Source of the DNA: Minisyncoccota bacterium
GTDB taxonomy: Bacteria > Patescibacteriota > Minisyncoccia > Phycocordibacterales > Phycocordibacteraceae
Assembly (NCBI GenBank): GCA_041666305.1
Contig: JBAYHD010000001.1
Location: forward strand, 91,574-155,573
Reading direction: 5' to 3'
Length of the DNA: 64,000 nt
Within the stretch, counting starts at the first letter, position 1, and every line of letters begins with the position of its first letter. This document shows positions 19,770 to 29,736 of this stretch, piece after piece. The notes below the pieces were generated by a model that worked only from the letters and a program-made list of their open reading frames with translations, did not search any database and was not told the origin of the DNA. A program made the translations under genes and the position numbers.

Positions 19770-20405
19770 ATGGCAACGAAACCCGCAGGCGCAACACAGC
19801 AGTTCGTTCCGGTGAAAGAGATCCGGAACGGCGTCATTGTACTCAAGGACGGCGGGTATCGCGGCGTGCTCATCTGTTCTTCGGTGAACTTCGGACTGAA
19901 ATCGGCCGATGAACAGCACGCCATCACGCTCGGTTTCCAGAATTTCCTCAATACGATAGATTTCTCGATCCAAATCGTCATCAATTCCCGTAAAATGGAT
20001 TTGCGTCCGTATCTCGCGCTTCTCGAGGAGAAAGCTCCCGAACAAAAATCCGAACTCATGCGCATCCAATTGCATGAATACATCGAGTTCGTCCGTTCCT
20101 TCACCGACCAGGCGAATATCATGACGAAGTCGTTCTACATCGTCGTGCCGTACTCTCCTCATACCTCGATGACCAGTGCCACGAGTTTTTTGCGACGCGA
20201 AAGTTCGTCAGTAAAGAATGCTGCGGCGGAAACCTCATTCGAGGAAGATCGCGCCCAGCTCGAACAACGACTGTCGCTCGTTGCAGGGGGCCTTTCCGGC
20301 ACGGGCGTGCGCGCAGTCCCGCTCGGCACCGAAGAGATCATCGAGCTTCTGTATCGTTCATTCAATCCGGGGGAGCTTGAAAATCCTATCCGCCTCGACA
20401 ATTAA
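19770..20405 (+). CDS. VirB4 N-terminal-like (TraC-like) protein
   Basis: TQQFVP..EIR.G, NF.LKS..EQ, FLN..DF..QI; precedes VirB4. Confidence 0.75.
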   Translation: MATKPAGATQQFVPVKEIRNGVIVLKDGGYRGVLICSSVNFGLKSADEQHAITLGFQNFLNTIDFSIQIVINSRKMDLRPYLALLEEKAPEQKSELMRIQLHEYIEFVRSFTDQANIMTKSFYIVVPYSPHTSMTSATSFLRRESSSVKNAAAETSFEEDRAQLEQRLSLVAGGLSGTGVRAVPLGTEEIIELLYRSFNPGELENPIRLDN

Positions 20406-20407
20406 TT

Positions 20408-22225
20408 ATGGCCTTACTCGACTTCCTGAAGCGTAAGAACGAACAGACACCGACGGTCGTGCCGGTGCTTCCGCGAGATATTTACAAGCAGGGCGCTCTG
20501 GACCTTGTAGACACCATCGCGCCCACCGCGCTCAAGATCGGCTCGCGCGAGATTGAGCTCGGAGAAAAATTCGTACGCGCTTTCTACACGATTTCTTATC
20601 CGCGCTTCCTTTCCGACAGCTGGTTCTCGCCGGTCATCAATTTGGATAAGGTCCTTGATGCCTCTATATTCATCCACCCCATTGAGACCGAGCAGGCGCT
20701 CCGCAGTTTCCAGAAAAAAGTGGCCGAGGTGCAAAGCCAGATAAACGAGCGCGAATCGCGCGGACTCGTGCGCGACCCTCTTTTGGATACCGCCTACCAA
20801 GACCTGGAAAGCTTGCGTGACAGTCTGCAGCAGGCGCAAGAAAAACTCTTTGACGTGGGGCTCTACCTTGCGCTCTACGGCGACTCCAAGGAAGAGATCG
20901 ACAAGACCGAAGGCGATATCCGCGGCATCCTCGATGCGAAACTTGTTTATACGAAACCTGCGTTGTTCCAACAAGAACAAGGATTTCGTTCGTGCCTCCC
21001 GCTTGGTACCGACGAACTCCTCGTTAATTCCAAATTGAATTCTTCGCCGCTCTCGTCCATCTTCCCGTTCGTGTCCTTCGACCTCACGAGCGACCGCGGC
21101 ATTCTCTACGGCATCAATCGTCATAATTCCTCGCTCATTCTTTTCGATCGCTTCTCGCTCGAGAACTACAATTCGGTCGTGTTCGCAAAATCCGGTTCCG
21201 GTAAAAGCTACGCAACGAAGCTGGAGATACTTCGTTCACTTATGTTCGGCACGGACGTCATTGTCATCGACCCGGAACGCGAATACGAACAGCTCGCGGA
21301 AGCGACCGGCGGACGTTCGTTCCACATCTCACTCTCTTCCGATAATCACATCAATCCGTTCGACCTTCCGCCGGTGAAAGAGGATGAAGACCCAAAGGAC
21401 ATTTTGCGTTCCAACATCATCGCGCTCGTCGGACTCTTCCGCATCATGCTCTCCGGCCTTTCCCCGGAAGAGGACGCCATCATTGACCGTGCTATCAGCG
21501 AGACCTATGCGCTCAAAGACATCACCGGCGATGCGGACTTTACCGGCGCCGAGCCGCCGGTCCTTTCCGATTTCGAACAGGTGCTTTCCGGCATGGAAGG
21601 GAGCGAGTCTTTGGTCGAACGGCTGTCCAAATATACGCGCGGGACCTGGGCAGGATTCCTTAATCAGCCGACCAACATCGACATCAATCAGCAGTTTGTC
21701 GTTTTCTCCGTGCGTGATATGGAGGACGAGCTGAAACCGGTCGCCATGTACATCATCACGCACTACATCTGGAATGCCGTGCGTCATGAGATGAAGAAGC
21801 GCCTGCTCATCATCGATGAGGCGTGGTGGATGATGAAGAGCGAAGATACCGCATCGTTCCTTTACTCGGTCGCCAAGCGCGGACGTAAATATTTCCTCGG
21901 CGTGTGCACCATCACGCAGGACGTGGAAGATTTCTTGAAGAGTCCGTACGGGCGGCCTATCCTCACGAACTCATCCATTCAATTGCTCCTCAAGCAATCC
22001 CCGACGACGATCGATGTCCTTCAGCAGACATTCAATCTCACCGATGAAGAAAAATATCTTCTGCTTGAGGCCGGAGTGGGGGAGGGGCTTTTCTTCGCGG
22101 GACTGAAACATGTCGCCATCAAGGTTGTGGCAAGCTACACCGAGGACCAGATCATTACTTCCGACCCGTCGCAACTTCTCGCGATAAAACAGGAGAAGGC
22201 GCGCTATGCCGCAGAAAAAAATTAA
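20408..22225 (+). CDS. virB4: VirB4-like type IV secretion ATPase
   Basis: Walker A AKSGSGKS, IDPEREY, INPFD, Walker B IIDEAW, KRGRKY, ITQD. Confidence 0.9.
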   Translation: MALLDFLKRKNEQTPTVVPVLPRDIYKQGALDLVDTIAPTALKIGSREIELGEKFVRAFYTISYPRFLSDSWFSPVINLDKVLDASIFIHPIETEQALRSFQKKVAEVQSQINERESRGLVRDPLLDTAYQDLESLRDSLQQAQEKLFDVGLYLALYGDSKEEIDKTEGDIRGILDAKLVYTKPALFQQEQGFRSCLPLGTDELLVNSKLNSSPLSSIFPFVSFDLTSDRGILYGINRHNSSLILFDRFSLENYNSVVFAKSGSGKSYATKLEILRSLMFGTDVIVIDPEREYEQLAEATGGRSFHISLSSDNHINPFDLPPVKEDEDPKDILRSNIIALVGLFRIMLSGLSPEEDAIIDRAISETYALKDITGDADFTGAEPPVLSDFEQVLSGMEGSESLVERLSKYTRGTWAGFLNQPTNIDINQQFVVFSVRDMEDELKPVAMYIITHYIWNAVRHEMKKRLLIIDEAWWMMKSEDTASFLYSVAKRGRKYFLGVCTITQDVEDFLKSPYGRPILTNSSIQLLLKQSPTTIDVLQQTFNLTDEEKYLLLEAGVGEGLFFAGLKHVAIKVVASYTEDQIITSDPSQLLAIKQEKARYAAEKN

Positions 22226-22910
22226 GCCGGAACCGCCGATGATGACGCGGTCGAAGTCTATGCCGATCATCGTGGCTGCGGTTCTGTTCGATTTGATGCG
22301 TGGATTTTTTACTCTATTTTGGTTTTTCGGACCGGCGCTTGCCGCTCTATATTGCACGGTGAAAGGGGGCGAAATAGCATCCTCGGTGACCTTTGGATTA
22401 CTCGGGACAAAAACTGCAGCTGCATTATGTTCTGCGGCCGCCATCACGGGAGGGACCGCTATTTCCGCATTCACCGCCCCGTTCGGCATTATCATGGCGG
22501 ATGCGGTCGGCCTTTTCGGATTCCTCGTCCTCGGCATGTGGATCGTCATGACGAACATGCGCATTCTCAAAGCGGTCGAGACCGGGCCAATCCAGTTCGC
22601 GGGCGCTTTTGCAGTGGCTGAAATTCCTTTCCTCGGTGCACTTCCAGTATTTTCGTTCATTCTTTGGAGGTTGTATGGGGCTCAGATACGAACCGAAGAG
22701 GCCGCCCATAAGAAATGGGAGAAAGAAACTGCCGACGCCCGACTCCAGGAACGTAATCAACAACAATCACAACTCCTGCAGATCCAAGCGGCGCAGCAGA
22801 TGCAATTCGCGCAACAAGAAGCCGCGAACGATGCGGTCTATGCTCAGGCGGCAAACGATGAAAGATACGCTGACGAGGAAATCCCCGAAAAGGTGCGTAA
22901 GGCCGCGTAA
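22206..22910 (+). CDS. hypothetical multi-pass membrane protein with Gln-rich tail
   Basis: Several hydrophobic segments, E.IPF.GALP motif. Confidence 0.7.
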   Translation: MPQKKIKPEPPMMTRSKSMPIIVAAVLFDLMRGFFTLFWFFGPALAALYCTVKGGEIASSVTFGLLGTKTAAALCSAAAITGGTAISAFTAPFGIIMADAVGLFGFLVLGMWIVMTNMRILKAVETGPIQFAGAFAVAEIPFLGALPVFSFILWRLYGAQIRTEEAAHKKWEKETADARLQERNQQQSQLLQIQAAQQMQFAQQEAANDAVYAQAANDERYADEEIPEKVRKAA

Positions 22911-22939
22911 TTCTCTCGTGCAGGTTATATACTGTGGGT

Positions 22940-23938
22940 ATGCGTTTGGGCCTTTTTACGACTCTTTCCTTCGCCCTTCTACTGCCTCTCGCGGTATCGG
23001 CTCAGTCTTCGGGAAGTCTGTTTGGTGAGACGGGGAAAACATTCACCATCTCCGCAGCTCCGCAATACCCGGTTCCGCTTAGCACCGCGACGCTGTCGTT
23101 CTTCTCAAACTCACTCGACCTTGCGAACGCAACGCTCACCGTGAACGTGGATGGTAAGAGCATTTATCAAGGAGTCGTGCGACCGGTAGCCGTTGCTCTC
23201 GGAAAAACCGGGAGCATAACGAATGTGGCGGCAACGATAGTCGCCGGCGGTACGAATTACAAACAGACCCTAAGCATCCAACCGCAGGATGTCGCACTTG
23301 TTGCCGAACCCATTTCTTCGAGTCCGCCTCTCTATCCCGGGAAGTCCTCGGTACCTCTCGAGGGAGATGTACGTGTCGTGGCAGTGGCGAGCTTCAGGAA
23401 CGTAAGCGGACAGGCTCTCAATCCTGCTGCGCTTTCGTACAGCTGGACGGTCGATGACATCAAGATCTCGAACTCTTCGGGAATCGGGAAAGAAGCGATC
23501 ATGGTCGCTTCGCCGATCCAATACAGCGCACGCAACGTCTCGGTCGCGATCATGAGCTCGGACGGTAGTCTGGTGGGAGGAGCGTCAATTTCTCTTTTGC
23601 CCCTCGATCCTTCGGTGCGCATCTATGAGAACGACCCTCTGCTCGGTATCCGCTATGACCGCGCACTTTCCAACACGTACTCCATCAACGGAAGCGAAGC
23701 GACTCTGTATGCCGCACCCTTTTCCTTCCCGACGACGAACGGCTCGCCGCTTTTACAGTGGTTTCTCAACGGTTCCGCCGCCCAGACCGGCAACTTCATA
23801 ACACTGCGTCCGACCGGAAGCGGGCAGGGGAGCGCCTCGCTCTCACTCGTCTCCTCGTCCGGTTCTTTTACGACAGCGACCACGAACCTCCTACTGTCCT
23901 TTGGCGAATCATCCGGCTTTAATTTATTTGGCTTATGA
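22940..23938 (+). CDS. secreted Ig-like beta-sandwich hypothetical protein
   Basis: Signal peptide, YPGKS, Y.W..D, W..NG motifs. Confidence 0.75.
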   Translation: MRLGLFTTLSFALLLPLAVSAQSSGSLFGETGKTFTISAAPQYPVPLSTATLSFFSNSLDLANATLTVNVDGKSIYQGVVRPVAVALGKTGSITNVAATIVAGGTNYKQTLSIQPQDVALVAEPISSSPPLYPGKSSVPLEGDVRVVAVASFRNVSGQALNPAALSYSWTVDDIKISNSSGIGKEAIMVASPIQYSARNVSVAIMSSDGSLVGGASISLLPLDPSVRIYENDPLLGIRYDRALSNTYSINGSEATLYAAPFSFPTTNGSPLLQWFLNGSAAQTGNFITLRPTGSGQGSASLSLVSSSGSFTTATTNLLLSFGESSGFNLFGL

Positions 23939-24660
23939 AAAAAATATTTCTTCTCTCTACCGTTTTGTTAGTCGTCCCTGTTGTTGCACTCGCCCAGGGG
24001 TTTGTTCCTCTCGCACCTATCCCCGGCCTCACGAGCGGTGAAGTGACGAGTGTCGTAAATTCAGCATCGCTCGCTACATTCTTTAACAATCTCTATAAAT
24101 ATTCCATCGGCCTTGCGGCGGCGCTCGCGATTATCCAGATCATTTGGGCCGGACTTGATATCGCTATCTTCCACAAAGATGCGGTGGGTGCGATAACAGA
24201 CGACAAGGGGAAAATTTACAATGCCATCTTCGGACTTGTGCTCGTCCTCTCGCCCGTGCTTGTGTTCTCCATCATCAATCCGAGCATTCTGAACCTCTCG
24301 CTCAATCTTCCGGAACTCAAAACGGCATCGGGTCCTCCGACAACTTCGGGAACGGCACAAACAACAACGCCATACACACCTTCGGCCACAGAAGTGGCGG
24401 ATCGGCCGGCCGGTACAAATGTTCTTTTTTCATTCGAGGTGGATCCGAATATCTCTCCTAACGCGGTAATTCAGATACTTAATGCAAAACTATCAGAATG
24501 TACTAATGCAACTGGAGGACCTGGTATCATATTGCCGGCTTCTTTACAAACCACATTGAGAAGATTCGTTTGTCAAACATGTGAGCCGGGTAGAACTGCC
24601 GCCCCGCGCTTAGCCTGCACCCGCCAAAACACCACGTTTGTGTGCGGGAATTGCAATTAA
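23935..24660 (+). CDS. VirB2-like pilin-domain protein with Cys-rich C-terminus
   Basis: Signal peptide, two TM helices, K..I.NAIFGLVLVL...I.NP motif. Confidence 0.7.
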   Translation: MKKIFLLSTVLLVVPVVALAQGFVPLAPIPGLTSGEVTSVVNSASLATFFNNLYKYSIGLAAALAIIQIIWAGLDIAIFHKDAVGAITDDKGKIYNAIFGLVLVLSPVLVFSIINPSILNLSLNLPELKTASGPPTTSGTAQTTTPYTPSATEVADRPAGTNVLFSFEVDPNISPNAVIQILNAKLSECTNATGGPGIILPASLQTTLRRFVCQTCEPGRTAAPRLACTRQNTTFVCGNCN

Positions 24661-24662
24661 AT

Positions 24663-25886
24663 ATGAAACGCACCCTTATCATCACCGCCATCGTGATAGT
24701 CCTCGCCGGGCTCGGCGTCGTTGCATATTTCTACTTCTTCCAGGGTACTGCCGGCATTACGACCGCGCCTAGTCCCACGACGAGCGCTAATCTCCCGGTA
24801 GCAGGGCAGGGAACGCCTCCTGCGGGAGAAACAGCGGCGCCAGGAGAAGCTCCTACCGCCACCTCGGAAGCCCCGGGCGTAGCAACTCCGGTCACTGCGC
24901 GGCTGGTGAAGATAAGTGCGGGACCGGTCGTGCCGGGCGAGGTGGTGGTAAGCCGCGCGGCGAATGCAAGTTCCTCTCCAGAAGCCACTGTTAGTTTCGT
25001 TGAGCGCCAGAGCGGCAATGTTTTTACCTATAGCACGCTCACTCAAACGTTGGTGCGCACTTCCAATAAAACAATACCGGGGATTCAGTCCGCACAGTGG
25101 TCCCCGAATGCGTCAACCACGTTTGTACGTTATCTCTCCGGCGATGATTTCTCCACCATCAATACCTACGCGTTGCCGGCGAACGGCGCGACCGGTTTCT
25201 TTCTTCCTCAAAACCTCGCCGGCATAGATGTTTCTTCAGCCGGCATCCTCACCCTCGCGTCCGGCGTCAATGGATCCTCTGTTTCCGTGGCACGCCCCGA
25301 CGGAACTCACTCTTCCGAGGTGTTCACAACCCCTCTTTCCTCTGTCCACGCATCGTTCGCAGGGAAAAATCAGTATCTCGTGTATACCAAGCCTTCAAGC
25401 ACGCTTGATGGCGACGCGTTCCTTGTCGATAGTACGGGAAACTTCTCCCGCATTGCAGGACCGCTTCCCGGTCTCGTTGCGCGCGCAAGCCCGTCAGGGA
25501 AATGGGTGCTCGTGAGCTATGTGCTCAACAACATCATGCGCATGGAGCTCATCGAGACCGCGACCGGCAACGTACTTCCTCTTCCTGTCGCGACCATTGC
25601 CGACAAGTGCGTGTGGGCGAGCAACGACGCATCGGTGTATTGCGGCGTCCCCATGAACCCTTCTGCCGCTTTTAATTATCCTGATGACTGGTATCAGGGT
25701 GCGGTTCATTTCAGCGACCGCATCTGGAAAGTGGATACTGCCGGCCGATATGCACAGCTGGTCCTTGATTTCACCGCTGAAACAAAAGTCTCGTTGGATG
25801 TTGAATCGCCCGCAATCGACGCCTTACGTACAGCGCTCGTATTCGTCAATAAGAACGACGGCTCACTTTGGAGTTATTCCCTCTGA
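24663..25886 (+). CDS. membrane-anchored beta-propeller-like protein
   Basis: N-terminal TM, Pro/Thr linker, KCVW...YCGVP, PDDWYQG. Confidence 0.75.
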   Translation: MKRTLIITAIVIVLAGLGVVAYFYFFQGTAGITTAPSPTTSANLPVAGQGTPPAGETAAPGEAPTATSEAPGVATPVTARLVKISAGPVVPGEVVVSRAANASSSPEATVSFVERQSGNVFTYSTLTQTLVRTSNKTIPGIQSAQWSPNASTTFVRYLSGDDFSTINTYALPANGATGFFLPQNLAGIDVSSAGILTLASGVNGSSVSVARPDGTHSSEVFTTPLSSVHASFAGKNQYLVYTKPSSTLDGDAFLVDSTGNFSRIAGPLPGLVARASPSGKWVLVSYVLNNIMRMELIETATGNVLPLPVATIADKCVWASNDASVYCGVPMNPSAAFNYPDDWYQGAVHFSDRIWKVDTAGRYAQLVLDFTAETKVSLDVESPAIDALRTALVFVNKNDGSLWSYSL

Positions 25887-26609
25887 ATCTTCTTTCACTA
25901 TCGTGCGGCGCACGTGCCACTCCTGCAGCGAGCCCGCGAGGTTGGTGGTGATGAAGTAAAGAGCTATTGCGCCGGAGGTCGTGTAGGAGATGGTGCCAAT
26001 GAGGAAAGGAAAAACATATTTCAACTGAAGCCCCATAACTCTTTGAAAATCGTTTTGCATACTTTTCTCCCCCGACGGTTTCATGGTTCCGGAGAGTGCT
26101 AAATGTGCTTGATAAAATTGCGTAATGCCGGCAAGTATCGCGAGTACCATACTCTTGCCCGCGACCGATATGAATCCGAGAAATTCAAGCGATATGGTAT
26201 TCGGTGTCGGCGTAAGTGTATAGAGACGGGCGGCGTTAATCGTTGAGAATGGTTCGTTATAAAAAACCCAATACAACGCGAGGAGGACGGGTATCTGAAT
26301 GAAAACGGTCAAAATGCTTGCGAATGGATTCACTTTGGCGTCGCGATAGAGCGCCAGGGTTTCGAGTGCCTCTTTTTCCTTATCGCCCTTGTGCTTTTCT
26401 TTCAATCCCTTGATCTTTGGTTCGAGAACTTTCATCGCGCGCTGTGTGCGCGCCGCGGAAAGAGAGAAGGGGAGAAGAATGAGCCGGATGATAATGGTGA
26501 CGATAATGACCGCGACGCCGACGTCCCCCCCGGGAACGAGCGCAACGAGCGCAACGAGCGCATTGTAAATCGGATTATAAAAAACGGCGTTGAAGAAAGT
26601 TGAGATCAC
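25863..26609 (-). CDS. yidC: membrane protein insertase YidC
   Basis: TIIIRLILLP, QIPVL.ALY, ALYF.T.N; GTG start. Confidence 0.93.
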   Translation of the reverse strand: MISTFFNAVFYNPIYNALVALVALVPGGDVGVAVIIVTIIIRLILLPFSLSAARTQRAMKVLEPKIKGLKEKHKGDKEKEALETLALYRDAKVNPFASILTVFIQIPVLLALYWVFYNEPFSTINAARLYTLTPTPNTISLEFLGFISVAGKSMVLAILAGITQFYQAHLALSGTMKPSGEKSMQNDFQRVMGLQLKYVFPFLIGTISYTTSGAIALYFITTNLAGSLQEWHVRRTIVKEDSEGITPK

Positions 26610-26618
26610 AGAAGTGTA

Positions 26619-26930
26619 TTAGTAGTGTTTTTTGGAAAGTAAGGCGGCGAGTTCTGATTGAATGTCTTGATAGCTTACACTATTGACCGACGCTTTTGGA
26701 AATACGATGAGAGCTTGGGGGAGGTCAAGTGTACGGAGCGCGGCGAGCACCCGGCGTTTTATTTTGTGCCGTGTGACGGAAAGCCGTGCGATTTTTTTCG
26801 GCACAATGACCGCATACCCCCTTCCTTCTGCCGGGATAACAACGGAAAGATGCTCGGATGATATCCTCCTTCCATTTTTTAGCGCGGAAGGGAAGGTGTC
26901 CCGTGAAAGCCGTTTTCGGCGCGGAAACAC
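26619..26930 (-). CDS. rnpA: ribonuclease P protein component
   Basis: KK.AR.SV.RHKIKRR; conserved position between rpmH and yidC. Confidence 0.88.
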   Translation of the reverse strand: MFPRRKRLSRDTFPSALKNGRRISSEHLSVVIPAEGRGYAVIVPKKIARLSVTRHKIKRRVLAALRTLDLPQALIVFPKASVNSVSYQDIQSELAALLSKKHY

Positions 26931-26936
26931 AAGGGA

Positions 26937-27074
26937 TTAGACCGCGAGGCGGGTACGGCCGGCACGACGACGTCCTTTGACGATCTTGCGGCCGGCGCTC
27001 GTCTTTGCCCTCGCAAGGAAACCATGGGTGGTCGCTCTCTTCTTCTTCTTCGGTTGATAGGTCATTTTTCCCAT
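26937..27074 (-). CDS. rpmH: 50S ribosomal protein L34 (not in ORF track)
   Basis: Hand translation [45 protein letters not shown]. Confidence 0.95.
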   Translation of the reverse strand: MGKMTYQPKKKKRATTHGFLARAKTSAGRKIVKGRRRAGRTRLAV

Positions 27075-27170
27075 ACAGGTAGAAAATTAGGTTGTACACA
27101 CAATACTAACAGGTTCTCCCCGAAAAACCATAGTGTTTTCTTTTTCCCGGAAAGGTATACTCCAGAAACT

Positions 27171-28523
27171 ATGGACAAAGGGAATCCTCGAGAATTGTGG
27201 GAATATGTACTCACTCAGGTCGAACTCTCCATATCTCCGGCAAATTTCAACACGTGGTTCCGTAATAGTTTTATTGTGAAGATAGGAGAGGATGGTGTTA
27301 TCTATATCGGCGTACCAAGCCAGTTCTTCAAGGACTGGTACCTCAAAAAATTCCACTCTCTTCTTCTGAAGATCGTCCGGGACGTGTCGTATGAGTTCCG
27401 AAATATCGAATATCTTATCGTGAAGGACGAGCACCGCAAAATCCCCAAGGAAACCAAGAATGTGCGCGGTGCTATGGAACTTCCGCTGGATGAATTCTAT
27501 ATAAACAAGAGCGATAGTTTGAACCCGCGCTATACATTCGATACGTTCGTCATCGGATCATTCAACAATCTCGCGTATGCGGCGGCTCAAGCGGCGCTCA
27601 CGCGCCCCGGCATCACCTACAACCCTCTTTTTATCTATGGGGACACCGGGAGAGGAAAGACACATCTTATTCAAGCCATCGGCAATCAATTTAAAAAACA
27701 ATACCAGGGACGAAAAGTGTTTTATCTCACATCCGAGAAATTCGCAGTTGATTACACCGATTCGGTCCAGGCGGGAACGGCAAACCGTTTCAAGGATAAA
27801 TACCGCCAATATGATCTTCTCATTATGGACGACGTACAATTCCTTTCCAAAAAGGAAAAAACCCAGGAGGAGCTCTTTCATCTTTTTAACGCTCTCCACG
27901 ATACTAATAAACAGATTATTTTCTCCTCGGACCGGGCCCCTGCGGCTATCCCTGACATCGCCGAGCGCCTTAAGGGCCGTTTGGCGAGCGGTATGGCTGT
28001 GGATATTGGGGAGCCGGACCCGGAATCCCGTATGGCTATCGTCCAAAAGAAAGCTGCTTCTCATGGTGTCATTCTTTCGGATGAGGTTATAGAATATGTG
28101 GCAACCTCTATGTCCGGCTCAATACGAGAATTGGAAGGGATGGTCAACAGCATCATATGCCATGCTCAGGTGAAGGGTTTCGCTCCTGACATCGCCGAAG
28201 TGCGTCAGTCCCTCCGTTCTTTCACGCGACCCCAAAAAAATATTTCTGTTAAGAATGTGGTCGATAAGGTCGCTGAATATTACGGCATCGATGAGGAAAG
28301 TATTTATGAGAAGACACGAAGAAGGGAGGTGGTGCGCCCGCGGCAGGTGATTATGTATCTTTTGCGTGAAGATTTTAGTATTTCATATCCGACGATCGGG
28401 ACCAAGCTTGGAGGTCGTGACCACACGACCGTTATCCACTCCTGTGAGAAGATAAAGCGCGAAGTGATTGTGGATAGTGAGTTGGCGAAAGAGATTCAAA
28501 ACATTCGAACACTACTTGTATGA
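27171..28523 (+). CDS. dnaA: chromosomal replication initiator DnaA
   Basis: YTFDTF, YNPLFIYGDTGRGKTHL, DDVQF, RELEG, GGRDHTTV. Confidence 0.98.
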   Translation: MDKGNPRELWEYVLTQVELSISPANFNTWFRNSFIVKIGEDGVIYIGVPSQFFKDWYLKKFHSLLLKIVRDVSYEFRNIEYLIVKDEHRKIPKETKNVRGAMELPLDEFYINKSDSLNPRYTFDTFVIGSFNNLAYAAAQAALTRPGITYNPLFIYGDTGRGKTHLIQAIGNQFKKQYQGRKVFYLTSEKFAVDYTDSVQAGTANRFKDKYRQYDLLIMDDVQFLSKKEKTQEELFHLFNALHDTNKQIIFSSDRAPAAIPDIAERLKGRLASGMAVDIGEPDPESRMAIVQKKAASHGVILSDEVIEYVATSMSGSIRELEGMVNSIICHAQVKGFAPDIAEVRQSLRSFTRPQKNISVKNVVDKVAEYYGIDEESIYEKTRRREVVRPRQVIMYLLREDFSISYPTIGTKLGGRDHTTVIHSCEKIKREVIVDSELAKEIQNIRTLLV

Positions 28524-28635
28524 CACTCTCTCCTATGTTATCAACACGTTCTGTTTTTTCTTCACAAAGAAATCCGCGGTATCTATATGACTATTCTGTA
28601 CTTCTCCACCTATCAACAGTCCTAATAAAGAATGT
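28524..28635. other. probable oriC (dnaA-dnaN spacer) with degenerate DnaA boxes
   Basis: TTATCAACA 28538, TTCTTCACA 28558, TTCTCCACC 28602, CTATCAACA 28610 in an AT-rich spacer. Confidence 0.75.
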
Positions 28636-29736
28636 ATGAATATTTCAATAGAAAAAAAAGAATTCTCTGAAGCAGTACACATCGCATCTCGTTTTGCGGA
28701 AAGGAAAAGCGGAACACTCCCGGTCCTATCATCTATTCTGATCCTTGCCGGTGATGATGGTATAAAAATGCGCGCCACGAATCTTGAAACAGGTATCGAT
28801 CTCAAGATCAAAGGTGAAGTGAAATCTAATGGGGTCGTCGCTATCCCGGCTGTCGTATTACAACAAATAGCCAGCTCTCTCACTCAAGAGGGAAATATCA
28901 CTCTGGAACATACTGGGGATATTGTTTCTTTGGTAAGCGGTACCGGAAAAAGCTCCATAAAAACGGTCCCGTATGACGATTTTCCGTCGATTCCTTTCCC
29001 GGAGAATCCTAAAAACAGGATAGTGCTTCCCGGAGTGCTCCTCCGTACTCTTTTTACTACCGTTGCATCCTGCGCTTCGACCTCAACCGTTCGTCCGGAG
29101 CTCTCAAGTATTTATTTATCCATCGAAGGAGGGGTACTGACCGCAGTCGCAACAGATTCGTTCAGACTGGCGGAGAAAAAAATTCCACTCTCGAACAAAG
29201 GAACACAAGGAAAATTCCTTATACCGGCAAAGAATGCAATGGAAATAGCTCAAGCGTTGCCGGACGATGACATTATTATGTCGTTTGACGAACATCAATG
29301 TGCGTTCGTCGGAAATACCGGGATGCTTGTTTCGCGGCTCACGAACGCCACGTATCCGGACTACCGACAGATTATACCGAAAGAATCAATAGTAGAAGCA
29401 GTGGTGCTCAGAAAAGATTTTGAAACAGCCTTAAAAAGAACTACGGTCTTCTCGGATGCATTCCAGAAAGTTCGAGTCAGTTTTGATCCAAAAAAGAAAA
29501 CACTATCACTTTTCGCTAAAAATACGGACATAGGAGAATCGACAGAAACACTCCCAGCTCAAATATCAGGGAGTGACCTCGACATTTCTTTCAACCATCG
29601 ATATCTTTCCGCAGTACTGGCGCTTACTTCTGCAGAAAGCATCTCGATTCTTGCTGCAGGCATCGGCAGACCCCTCATCATAAAAGGAGTTGGAGACACC
29701 TCTCTTCTCTATCTTGTATCCCCAATGAATCAGTGA
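28636..29736 (+). CDS. dnaN: DNA polymerase III beta clamp
   Basis: ATNLE, ATDSFRL, YPDY, FN.RYL, SPM C-terminus. Confidence 0.96.
   Translation: MNISIEKKEFSEAVHIASRFAERKSGTLPVLSSILILAGDDGIKMRATNLETGIDLKIKGEVKSNGVVAIPAVVLQQIASSLTQEGNITLEHTGDIVSLVSGTGKSSIKTVPYDDFPSIPFPENPKNRIVLPGVLLRTLFTTVASCASTSTVRPELSSIYLSIEGGVLTAVATDSFRLAEKKIPLSNKGTQGKFLIPAKNAMEIAQALPDDDIIMSFDEHQCAFVGNTGMLVSRLTNATYPDYRQIIPKESIVEAVVLRKDFETALKRTTVFSDAFQKVRVSFDPKKKTLSLFAKNTDIGESTETLPAQISGSDLDISFNHRYLSAVLALTSAESISILAAGIGRPLIIKGVGDTSLLYLVSPMNQ

Noticed and set aside
19322-25886. Integrative conjugative element or prophage
   Set aside because: No integrase, relaxase, att sites or phage structural genes; composition resembles core genes
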